From positions 1 through 59,057 of the IMG/VR virus record IMGVR_UViG_3300037524_000403: 59,057 bases of DNA; one strand, written 5' to 3'. The notes beneath the pieces are model-generated. The model had not been told where the DNA came from. It did not search any database and saw nothing but the letters and a program-made list of their open reading frames with translations. Positions 47,081 through 54,803 of the stretch are shown here, in pieces. A program made the translations under genes and the position numbers. Origin of the DNA: a virus (taxonomy: Duplodnaviria; Caudoviricetes). How positions within the stretch are numbered: the first letter of the stretch is position 1; the number at the start of each line of letters is the position of its first letter.

Positions 47081-47703
47081 AAGACATCCTCAAGGCGGCA
47101 CTCAACCGCGAGATGGGTGGAGAGGATGCGACCAAGGTTGTGGAGATCTCCCGCAACCACGCAATCCCCCCAACGCAAGACCGCCTAGCCAAGATCAACG
47201 GCGGTACCTCGGTTGAACAGGTGGCGGAGTTCCCCTCTGCCGCTTGGCGGATGGTCCCGGCAGTTGAGCAACTGGCAATCCAACGCCGCGTCAGCCCCAA
47301 CATGCTCCAGGCTGCAAAGCTCTACGTCACGCTGAGCTACCTTGCTGCCGGTCCAAGCGCTGGGATTGGACGGTACGATAGCCATCAGGAAGCAAGCCCC
47401 AGTTGGTCCCGGCTGAACACCACGGATGAGCGGATTAAGGCGGCCAAGATGTTCAAGGGTGCAAGGCTGGCAGCATTTGGCACCCAGACCAAGAGCGGGG
47501 CCTGGGAACTGGACGAGGCTCTGGTCCAGGCGATTGAGCCCCTACTGCTGGCAGATCCTGACCGCTCTTGGACCTTTGAAAAGATCGGGGCCTTCCTTGG
47601 CAGCTACAACAAACGAGACACCAAGAGCGCCGTTGGCGTGACGGAATTGATCGCCGTTCTGAGGCGGCTGAGGCTGTACTTCCGTATGGGGGAGGACGGT
47701 TGA
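47077..47703 (+). CDS. Hypothetical protein (possible late regulator)
   Basis: Coupled ORF; position only. Confidence 0.5.
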   Translation: MKDILKAALNREMGGEDATKVVEISRNHAIPPTQDRLAKINGGTSVEQVAEFPSAAWRMVPAVEQLAIQRRVSPNMLQAAKLYVTLSYLAAGPSAGIGRYDSHQEASPSWSRLNTTDERIKAAKMFKGARLAAFGTQTKSGAWELDEALVQAIEPLLLADPDRSWTFEKIGAFLGSYNKRDTKSAVGVTELIAVLRRLRLYFRMGEDG

Positions 47704-47787
47704 ACCGTAGAATAGCGATTGCTGGGCCACCGTATGGCCTAAGAACGGCGTTTAGTTATTTTAGGTGTCAGACAGTGTCCGAAAAAG

Positions 47788-48180
47788 ATGGCCGTAAAAA
47801 ACGATCTGGAGGGCTTGGACCCGTATGGGGTGAACAAGCGCCTGAAATTGAGCCCCAAGAAGCGGCTCCAGTTGTTCTTGGAGCATTCAGGACGGTGCTG
47901 CCTATGCAAGCAGCCCATCCAGGTTGGGGATGGGTACATCGTGGAGCACGTATTGCCCCTAGCTCTTGGCGGTACGAACGACTGGGAGAACCTGGCCCCT
48001 GCCCACCGTTCCTGCGCTACCGCGAAGACCTCCAAGGAGGCCAAGGAGCGAGCCAAGGGGCGGAGAGTGGCGGAAAAGCACTTTGGCGGCAGGCAATCAA
48101 GGCGACCCATGCCTGGATCAAAGGCAAGTGGTTTGAAGAAAAAGCTTAATGGCCAAGTGGTGAGGCGAGATGATGAGTAA
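47788..48180 (+). CDS. HNH endonuclease
   Basis: CCLC...VEHVLPLALGGTNDWENLAPAHRSC. Confidence 0.85.
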   Translation: MAVKNDLEGLDPYGVNKRLKLSPKKRLQLFLEHSGRCCLCKQPIQVGDGYIVEHVLPLALGGTNDWENLAPAHRSCATAKTSKEAKERAKGRRVAEKHFGGRQSRRPMPGSKASGLKKKLNGQVVRRDDE

Positions 48181-48609
48181 GGATGAGCTTCTACATCGGC
48201 TGGATGTACTGGAAGACATGCTCATCAAGGCGATGTCTGAACTTGCCAATGCTAGGAACTATCTGACAAGTCTACGTTTTTTAGTGGAGAAAAAGGATGA
48301 TTGAAGGTCTTGGCATTGGGTTTGGCTTTGCGCTGGGCTTCTGGCTCTCTGGCCTGCTGTGCCTGCTAGGCTTTGTAATCCTTAGCTATTTCTTGGATTG
48401 GGTCTTTGGCCGCAAATGAGCTTCCCGGATAGTCCGGGAGGGCCGCCTGAGGGCGGATAAAACAGAGTGCCCTAACTGCCCTTACAGTTTGAGCACCCTG
48501 GATTTTTCAATGGAGAGGGGCGGCATGGAATGACAGACTCCATGCCCAGCCAAGCCAGCAATGGTGGATACCCCCGCAAGGGGCCGAATGGCGCTCGGAA
48601 ACCTCTCCA

Positions 48610-48852
48610 ATGAAAGCCTCTAACCTGAGTCTCAGTATGAGCGTCCTGTGCAAGACCTGTGGCAAGCAAGGCAAGGTCGTAGACTCGCGCCGTCATGGCG
48701 AGACGATCTGGAGACGCCGGGAATGCTGCGGGGATCGCTGGACAACCATAGAGGGCGGCAGCAACGAGGAGTTGAGGGCTCTGCGCGCTAAGGTAGAGCA
48801 ATATCGGACCATGATTGCAGGAATCAGATCAGCCTTAGGAGGCAGAGAATGA
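48610..48852 (+). CDS. NrdR-like zinc-ribbon protein
   Basis: CKTCG..KVVDSR...IWRRREC. Confidence 0.6.
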   Translation: MKASNLSLSMSVLCKTCGKQGKVVDSRRHGETIWRRRECCGDRWTTIEGGSNEELRALRAKVEQYRTMIAGIRSALGGRE

Positions 48853-49061
48853 CGGAAGAGAAAACCATCACTATCCCGGAATCCACCTATGCTGCCCTAT
48901 TGGGCCAGGCAGCCTTTCTCAGGGCCTCAGTCCATGCGCTGGGTGGAAGCTATGAGATCACCTTTGACAACATGCAGACCAATGGGACTGGTCCGATTGA
49001 GCTTAGGGGAGATCCGGTCAGAAAGACTATTTTTTGCAAGGTGGTGGAGCGGGAGACATGA
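48849..49061 (+). CDS. Hypothetical protein
   Basis: AGGAGG RBS; ATGA coupling. Confidence 0.5.
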   Translation: MTEEKTITIPESTYAALLGQAAFLRASVHALGGSYEITFDNMQTNGTGPIELRGDPVRKTIFCKVVERET

Positions 49062-49342
49062 CCCCCGAGGAACGCGCGAAAGACATCTCGTCTCTGGTCA
49101 GAGTGGATGCGGACGGGCGATTGATGTTCGACGGGCAGGATAACAACCCCGAGTGCTTGCTGACAGATGCCATAGCCGCCGCCATTCGCGAAGCCATCCT
49201 CGCAGAACGTGAGGCATGTGCGAGCTTGGCGCGTGAATTGGATATGCCGGACGATCTAGAGCCGCCGACACATACATTTATTGAAGGCTGGCAGAGCGCC
49301 TGCGCCCACATCGCCGCCGCCATCCGTGCAAGAGGCTCTTGA
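49058..49342 (+). CDS. Hypothetical protein
   Basis: AEREACA...IAAAIRARG, a common small phage protein pattern. Confidence 0.55.
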   Translation: MTPEERAKDISSLVRVDADGRLMFDGQDNNPECLLTDAIAAAIREAILAEREACASLARELDMPDDLEPPTHTFIEGWQSACAHIAAAIRARGS

Positions 49343-49367
49343 CGCGCGCATCTGCCTGATATATACA
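49339..49367 (+). promoter_or_regulatory. Sigma70-type promoter for the putative sRNA
   Basis: TTGACG-N17-TATACA. Confidence 0.6.
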
Positions 49368-49373
49368 CCTAAC

Positions 49374-49487
49374 ATCAGCGCAAGTTCCGCGCTGGACGAG
49401 TTAGCCTGGTCAGGGCTTAATCTGGCCTCTCCTCATGGCTGAAGAGAGAAAAGCCCGGTAGGATCAAGAGATCCCGCCGGGTTTTTT
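49374..49487 (+). ncRNA. Putative multi-target antisense sRNA (~114 nt)
   Basis: Promoter, three hairpins and a terminator; 49427-49443 is complementary to six RBS boxes. Confidence 0.55.
49449..49487. terminator. Bidirectional intrinsic terminator
   Basis: AAAAG-CCCGG..GGATC-AAGA-GATCC..CCGGG-TTTTTT between convergent operons. Confidence 0.75.
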
Positions 49488-49767
49488 ACGTAAAAGCCAT
49501 TGATTTTTCTTGGGAACCTAAAAATCAGGCCCGAGTCATGGGCCACCCCCGCTACACATTTGTAGGGCGCTCTCCGTCATCTGCATTGGTGTTAGCGGCT
49601 AATGTCAGCCGCATTGGTGTTCATTGATTTACCCCGACCGTTTCACGGTGGGGGAGCTGCCGGGGATGCAAGGCAGCAAGACCCCTCCCAGCTAGGCCGG
49701 GAGGGGCGGTATTCATGGCGCAGGGGATGGAACCCGTAGAGGTTTTCTACAGGTTCACACCGCTGCG

Positions 49768-50088
49768 TCAGGCGTCTTCTATGTTGGCCTTGAAGTGGTT
49801 TTCGATCGTTGCGGTTTTACCGTGACGCTCTAACCATTCCAGGGCCTCATTTGGGGACAGGGGGCGGATGATGTTGGAGCCGCCGCAGTATCCCCCGCCA
49901 TAGGCTGGCTGGGAATAGGCGGATAGCGGGCCACCTGAACCACAGATGAACCAGTTCCCGCGCTTTGTGCGGTACAACTGTTCATGGACGTTCCTAAAGT
50001 CGGGACATCCAAGCCCGTTGTCATAGCTGGCAACAAGCTCTGCCGTCTCGGTGTCGTAACGCTTTCCGCCGATTACCTTTTTAGTCAT
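49768..50088 (-). CDS. Conserved hypothetical protein
   Basis: KKVIGGKRYDTETAE...LYRTKRGNWF; GGAGAG RBS. Confidence 0.7.
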   Translation of the reverse strand: MTKKVIGGKRYDTETAELVASYDNGLGCPDFRNVHEQLYRTKRGNWFICGSGGPLSAYSQPAYGGGYCGGSNIIRPLSPNEALEWLERHGKTATIENHFKANIEDA

Positions 50089-50163
50089 TTCACTCTCCAT
50101 TGGCTGACTCTCCCGTGGCGGGAGGCAATGCCCCCGGAATAGATCCAGGGGCATCACGTCGCG
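50089..50163 (-). promoter_or_regulatory. Structured leader E0 (long hairpin, short hairpin, TCAGCCAA-SD)
   Basis: Same architecture as E1-E4. Confidence 0.6.
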
Positions 50164-50262
50164 TCACAGATTAGACCGATAAGCAACGATCCAATAGATC
50201 AGAACAAGGCCAAGGCCAGCATAAGCCAAGGCTCCCATTGAGCAGCCCAGAAGCTCAAGCAT
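50164..50262 (-). CDS. 32-aa membrane peptide
   Basis: MLELLGCSMGALAYAGLGLVLIYWIVAYRSNL; AAGGA RBS. Confidence 0.45.
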   Translation of the reverse strand: MLELLGCSMGALAYAGLGLVLIYWIVAYRSNL

Positions 50263-50527
50263 ATTCCTTGCGCTCCTCATTAAGATGCTCGGCAATCTCC
50301 TGCCAATCAACGTCGTTCATTTCCCGATCTGAATCCATATCGGGGGTGCGTGCCTTTCCGGTGAAGTCTTGGAACAATTGGGTGCAGAACTCCTCCGCTT
50401 CGTCCGCGTCAATCTCATTGACTGAACGCCGCAGAAAGCGCTGCTTTTCCCGGTACATAGGCTCCTCGTTATCAATCCATAGATTGATCTGCCAAGTCGC
50501 CCAATTCTTCCATCCGTTGTAAGACAT
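50255..50527 (-). CDS. Conserved hypothetical protein
   Basis: YNGWKNWATWQINLWIDNE...VDWQEIAE. Confidence 0.7.
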   Translation of the reverse strand: MSYNGWKNWATWQINLWIDNEEPMYREKQRFLRRSVNEIDADEAEEFCTQLFQDFTGKARTPDMDSDREMNDVDWQEIAEHLNEERKEYA

Positions 50528-50607
50528 CGTTTTCTTCCTTTGGCTGAAATGGTGCAAAGCGCACCAGCAAGGGCACTAAGGGTTACCTCAGTGCCCAAGC
50601 TGCTAGG
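50528..50607 (-). promoter_or_regulatory. Structured leader E1
   Basis: 3 bp, UU/UU loop, 10 bp, GUAACN loop; short hairpin; TCAGCCAAAGGA. Confidence 0.7.
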
Positions 50608-50854
50608 CTTTACCGCCGTTGATTATCCTCAGAGCTGGCGAGACGCCGCGAAGTTTGCGGTGCTGCGCTGCTGTAAGGGCTTTGGGTTTAGCCGGTGCCC
50701 TTGGCTTTCGAGCTTTGGGCTTAGGCTCCACCGCTTTGCGCTGGGCGCGTGATCGCTGGAAATAATCCCAGAGATACCCGCCACAGATCAAAGGCGCGAA
50801 CGCCAAGAAAACCAGAACATCGAGTAGCGAGGTAGGTCTTTCTGCTGCTCTCAT
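50603..50854 (-). CDS. Small membrane protein
   Basis: TM segment LLDVLVFLAFAPLICGGYLW; ATGA coupling. Confidence 0.55.
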   Translation of the reverse strand: MRAAERPTSLLDVLVFLAFAPLICGGYLWDYFQRSRAQRKAVEPKPKARKPRAPAKPKALTAAQHRKLRGVSPALRIINGGKA

Positions 50855-51006
50855 AGCGACCTCCCAACGATCCAATCCATTGCGGCGGATTTGCTTGGAA
50901 GGTTGGCGACGACGTAAGGCTCAGTCTCGTAATCCCAGTCGAGCACAAGCCAACGCTTGGAAAACCTGGAATATTCAACGTAATACCCTAGAAACTCGAA
51001 TTTCAT
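50851..51006 (-). CDS. 51-aa hypothetical protein (below the ORF-track cut-off)
   Basis: MKFEFLGYYVEYSRFSKRWLVLDW...; GGAGAG RBS. Confidence 0.6.
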   Translation of the reverse strand: MKFEFLGYYVEYSRFSKRWLVLDWDYETEPYVVANLPSKSAAMDWIVGRSL

Positions 51007-51088
51007 TTAACTCTCCATTTGGCTGAACCCCGTGCAATAGCACAGGCGCAAGGTCTCAGAGAGTTACCCCTGAGACCAAGCGGCTAGG
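51007..51088 (-). promoter_or_regulatory. Structured leader E2
   Basis: Same fold as E1 with compensatory changes. Confidence 0.7.
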
Positions 51089-51991
51089 CTATGCTGCAAG
51101 TTCTAGATGCTCCAAGACTGCCGGAACGCTGGCTTTAGTCTTGAGAAAGTCCGCAGCCTTTTGAGCGGCGGAAGCGGCGGTAAAAATGAACCGCTTGTCA
51201 TTCTTCAAGGCTGTAAGCCAGTTGGCCAGATAAGCAGCATGTTGCTGCCCCTCGCCATCAATCCCTAGTTCCGCGCAAAGAAAGGCCGAGCAAAGCTCGG
51301 CTACCAATTCTTCGGCGGCATACTCAGGATTGCCAAAGCGGCCTTTATGCAAGTCACGTTTGCACCGTGACTCATGGTCGGTCCAATGCCCCAATTCGTG
51401 AAGCATTGTCGCGGCGTAGTGCCCAGGCGATTTGAACGCGCCACGAATTGGGAAGTCGATCGTGTCACGCGATGGTGAGTAGCAAGCCCTGGAAGATCCG
51501 AATCTTACATCGGCTCCAGTTGCCTTGACCCACGCATCAAAACCAGGATCAGAGATAGGGTCCGCAAGCTTTCTTGGTGCGGTCAGTCTCTCTGGTAGCC
51601 CATCACATTGGGCTACGTTGAACACGTAATAAGAACGCATCATCGTGATGCTGCGATCCTCTTCCGTGCCATCGTCCTGTTTTTCCTTCACGGTGAGCGG
51701 CTTTACAAAGACAATAAATGTCCCCTTCTCGCCGCCCTTGACCGTCCCGCCTGCTTCCTTTGCCTGCTTAAAGGTAAGGAATCCGGCGGTAGGCCAACCA
51801 TGAACCGCCTGGGCGATCCACAGCAGCAGCGTATTCACGCCGCTGTAGGGTCGCTTGGTCACCGCGTTATGAGGGTCGGCACTATGGCCAATCTCTTTCC
51901 AGGGCTTGACCCATGGCGGCAAGCCGCCTGATTCAAGCTGGGCGATGATCTGGTTGGTCACAGTCTGGTACACATCAAGCTTCTTTTCCAT
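51089..51991 (-). CDS. ardC: ArdC-like antirestriction protein (ssDNA-binding plus zincin domain)
   Basis: PWVKPW, YSGVNTLLLW, TFKQA, VFNVAQ, HELGHWT and YAAEELVAE motifs. Confidence 0.9.
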   Translation of the reverse strand: MEKKLDVYQTVTNQIIAQLESGGLPPWVKPWKEIGHSADPHNAVTKRPYSGVNTLLLWIAQAVHGWPTAGFLTFKQAKEAGGTVKGGEKGTFIVFVKPLTVKEKQDDGTEEDRSITMMRSYYVFNVAQCDGLPERLTAPRKLADPISDPGFDAWVKATGADVRFGSSRACYSPSRDTIDFPIRGAFKSPGHYAATMLHELGHWTDHESRCKRDLHKGRFGNPEYAAEELVAELCSAFLCAELGIDGEGQQHAAYLANWLTALKNDKRFIFTAASAAQKAADFLKTKASVPAVLEHLELAA

Positions 51992-52072
51992 CGTTCTATC
52001 CCTTTGGCTGAAGGTCCTGCATAGTGCAGGCTCAAGGTCTCACAGCGTTACCCATGAGACCAAGAGGCTGGA
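51992..52072 (-). promoter_or_regulatory. Structured leader E3
   Basis: Same fold as E1/E2. Confidence 0.7.
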
Positions 52073-52336
52073 CTATTCGAGTCTGTCAACGTAGAGCCTT
52101 ACCTTGATACCGTCCCGGCGATTGTTGCCCGTGACGGGATCAATGGGCCGGTCAATCTCTATTGAGATCCACTCGTTTTTGCCCCGGTTGATGTAGTTGA
52201 AGCCGCTTAGGGTCATACCACGATGACAGAGCTGGCCATATCCGCCGCGATATTCATATTCCGGGAATGATTCCATCTCCGCAAACAGTGCAGAGACTTG
52301 TTCCTCAGTCGCCGTGACGGTGTGAATAAGAGGCAT
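52073..52336 (-). CDS. Hypothetical protein
   Basis: GGAG RBS; first clear gene of the leftward operon. Confidence 0.6.
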   Translation of the reverse strand: MPLIHTVTATEEQVSALFAEMESFPEYEYRGGYGQLCHRGMTLSGFNYINRGKNEWISIEIDRPIDPVTGNNRRDGIKVRLYVDRLE

Positions 52337-52411
52337 TTTCTTCTCCATTGGCTGACGCTGCAATTTGCAGCCCGCTACCGTCTCAGCTCGAAAGCAAAGA
52401 CGGCAGCAGGC
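52337..52411 (-). promoter_or_regulatory. Structured leader E4
   Basis: Long hairpin with TTCG loop, CTGCA-AAT-TGCAG hairpin, TCAGCCAATGGAG. Confidence 0.6.
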
Positions 52412-52569
52412 CATAAATTGGAGATGGTAGAAGCGCCCCACGAATCCGCTCTTCGCGGCTCACTGGCACCTGTTGATGGGTACTCCATCGGTCCTAGTGG
52501 GGGATTGCGTTGTTTTCTGCCTGGTGGAGGGGTAGGGCTCGCAAGGCCGGAACGTGATTGAATATCACG

Positions 52570-52598
52570 AAGGTAACACAACGATACCCAATTGTCAA
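52570..52598 (-). promoter_or_regulatory. Promoter of the ArdC operon with operator
   Basis: TTGACA-N17-TACCTT, same -10 as the 42517 promoter; overlaps GGTAAC-ACAAC-GATACC. Confidence 0.75.
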
Positions 52599-52631
52599 CG
52601 GGGCAAGTGAATTAAACCAGGATCAATTGCC

Positions 52632-52943
52632 ATGACTTATCCGTGGCACAGGGAATATGAGGATCAAATGAACTACGATGAATCAAAGGCAAAGCCCAAA
52701 AAGGCCAAGGCTCCCGAGCCCATGAAATTGAAAGATGAAACGAGCTGGGTAGATCACATTGATAGCGCTTTCCTGCTCTTTGGCGTGGCAATCGCTATTA
52801 TCATCGTCCTGTTATTTGTGACAAAGCCGGACGCTCCCTCCCTTGAGGAGGCTTCAAGGCCTGCCGTGACTGAACCGGCAAAGCCTGGTGGCAAGCCCGG
52901 CGAGTCAGCCCAGGATGTATTTGATAGGAATTTCGGACGCTGA
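52632..52943 (+). CDS. Membrane protein
   Basis: TM segment AFLLFGVAIAIIIVLLFV. Confidence 0.55.
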   Translation: MTYPWHREYEDQMNYDESKAKPKKAKAPEPMKLKDETSWVDHIDSAFLLFGVAIAIIIVLLFVTKPDAPSLEEASRPAVTEPAKPGGKPGESAQDVFDRNFGR

Positions 52944-53066
52944 TGCGCACAGCAGCCGAAAGACTGGCCAAGGTTAGGGTGACATGGGGCACTCCGGCTC
53001 TAGCCTTGGCTCTTTCCCTCATACAACTTCTCGAAAAAATAATCTTGGAAGCCCACGAAAACGAAT

Positions 53067-53672
53067 ATGGCCAGAACTCTTGAAACAACAGTCCAAGAGA
53101 ACGCCAATATCCTTGCTGTTCCAAAGGGCAACCAAATAGACAGATACAAGCCTGATGCGAGGGAACTGGTAGAATACTCCCCAGAATTAGCCTCTTTTAT
53201 CCTGAGAGAGATAGGAAAGGGCAGAAGCCTAATTACAGTCTGCCAAGATGAGGGGATGCCACATCACGCCTCATTTCTCAGGTGGTGTCATGAGATGCCT
53301 GAATTGATGGACAGGTACTGCCATGCAAAGAAGCTCCGAGCGCACGCCAAGGCTGAAGAGGTATCAGCCCTCACTGACGCCTTAGATCCTGTAAATACTG
53401 GGAAAAATGAGGCTTACGTCACTGACATCAAGGCCAGAAACCTGCTGCGGATAGCAGAGCTAGGCGATCCAGCCTCATTCAGTCCTAAGATGCAGATGAT
53501 GCACCATCACTCAGGTGGCGTGGTCAGCATCACGATGGACCTGTCAGCACCACAGTCCCGACCGATAATTGACACGACTGCGAGCCAAGTACCTGAAACA
53601 CCTCAAATAGACGCGCCTCAGGTGGGCGACAGTGAGAAAAAGGGCGAGGGGGGTGGGGGGTCTACAGCTTGA
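53067..53672 (+). CDS. terS: Terminase small subunit (Sf6 gp1-like HTH)
   Basis: YSPELASFILREIGKGRSLITVCQDEGMP...FLRW. Confidence 0.75.
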   Translation: MARTLETTVQENANILAVPKGNQIDRYKPDARELVEYSPELASFILREIGKGRSLITVCQDEGMPHHASFLRWCHEMPELMDRYCHAKKLRAHAKAEEVSALTDALDPVNTGKNEAYVTDIKARNLLRIAELGDPASFSPKMQMMHHHSGGVVSITMDLSAPQSRPIIDTTASQVPETPQIDAPQVGDSEKKGEGGGGSTA

Positions 53673-53852
53673 GTCCCCCAGTCTGAATTGATGGGGGGGT
53701 ATGTTATCGTGTTCCACCTCCGACCCACACACAGTTCTTCCCTCAGATCGGCCTGTCTTAATTTTTTTTGCTACGTGTGGGCGGCGCGGTTAGGAATTGG
53801 TTCCCAGTGGCAGCGAGCCGAAAGAAATGGTTTTGCGTTTAGGGTGGCCTGG

Positions 53853-54056
53853 ATGCCAGTAAGTAAAGCAGAACTGGTTCTGCATTCCATCTTGAAGGCT
53901 GCGCCTTTTTACAAGCCGTGTCTGACGTGCCAGCACGGTTGGTTCAGGGGGAGTGACCACATGGGGTGGTGTAGGAATGTCCCCCCGTTGAAGACACCCA
54001 GGCCTGTGGATGAGGTCCACACCTGCGCTGCATGGAAGCAAAAGCTAGATGAGTAA
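53853..54056 (+). CDS. Small Cys-rich protein
   Basis: CLTCQH...GWC...TCAAW. Confidence 0.45.
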   Translation: MPVSKAELVLHSILKAAPFYKPCLTCQHGWFRGSDHMGWCRNVPPLKTPRPVDEVHTCAAWKQKLDE

Positions 54057-54363
54057 GCGCTTAGAGGAGCGGCTGGAGGATCTGGAGGGGGAGTTAGCCT
54101 GGTCCAGGGATCTGAGTGAGGTTGGGACCCGTGAGGTTCAAGGCTCGTTGAGTGACCTCCGTGCGGATCTAGCTCGATTGAAGGCTGATCTTTCTCAGTA
54201 CCAGGCACAGCAGGAGCGGCTTGCTCAACGATTGGATGCCCTCTCTGGGGGCTTGGGAGAGATTGTGAGCGGGATGACGAGGCTGGAGGCAAGAATACAT
54301 GCGCCCCGGAAGATCATCCGGGATGAGGATGGGATGATAACCAGGGTTGAGGTTGAGAGCTAA
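54049..54363 (+). CDS. Coiled-coil protein
   Basis: Heptad pattern; ends PRKIIRDEDGMITRV. Confidence 0.6.
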   Translation: MSKRLEERLEDLEGELAWSRDLSEVGTREVQGSLSDLRADLARLKADLSQYQAQQERLAQRLDALSGGLGEIVSGMTRLEARIHAPRKIIRDEDGMITRVEVES

Positions 54364-54803
54364 TGTCTAAGGGCAATACGTTTGAGAATGAGCTGTTGCT
54401 GCATATTTTTAATAATGCGGACATAGCGAATATTGGGGATGCCACGGGTCTTCGTGGATCCTCTACGGCTGGGAATCTCTACGTCTCGTTGCACACGGCG
54501 AATCCTGACGAGTCTGGGAGCCAGACCACGAGTGAGTGTGCTTATGGCAGCTATGCCCGTGTAGCTGTTGCGAGGACGGTTGGTGGTTGGACGGTTAGCG
54601 GCAATGCTGTGAGCAACGCGGCCTTGATACAGTTCCCGCAGTGTACCTCTGGCTCGGAGGTGGTAACGCATTTTGCGGTGGGAACGGCGGCAAGCTCAAC
54701 CGGAAAGATCCTCTACAAAGGCGCGCTGTCTTCGTCGCTGGCGGTTAGCTCCGGTATCCAGCCGCAGTTCGCTGCTGGTGACTTAGACATCACCGAAGAC
54801 TAA
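54363..54803 (+). CDS. Putative structural protein (tail/fibre-associated family)
   Basis: LYVSLHTANP...SYARVAV...VTHFAV...ILYKGAL. Confidence 0.65.
   Translation: MSKGNTFENELLLHIFNNADIANIGDATGLRGSSTAGNLYVSLHTANPDESGSQTTSECAYGSYARVAVARTVGGWTVSGNAVSNAALIQFPQCTSGSEVVTHFAVGTAASSTGKILYKGALSSSLAVSSGIQPQFAAGDLDITED

Noticed and set aside
50528-52072. Leader repeats as hammerhead ribozymes
   Set aside because: The CUGANGA and GAAA cores are not present in the required arrangement on either strand.
50089-52411. Leader repeats as integron attC sites or a CRISPR array
   Set aside because: There are no RYYYAAC/GTTRRRY ends, the intervening sequences are whole genes, the repeats are not identical, and the integrase is a phage type located elsewhere.
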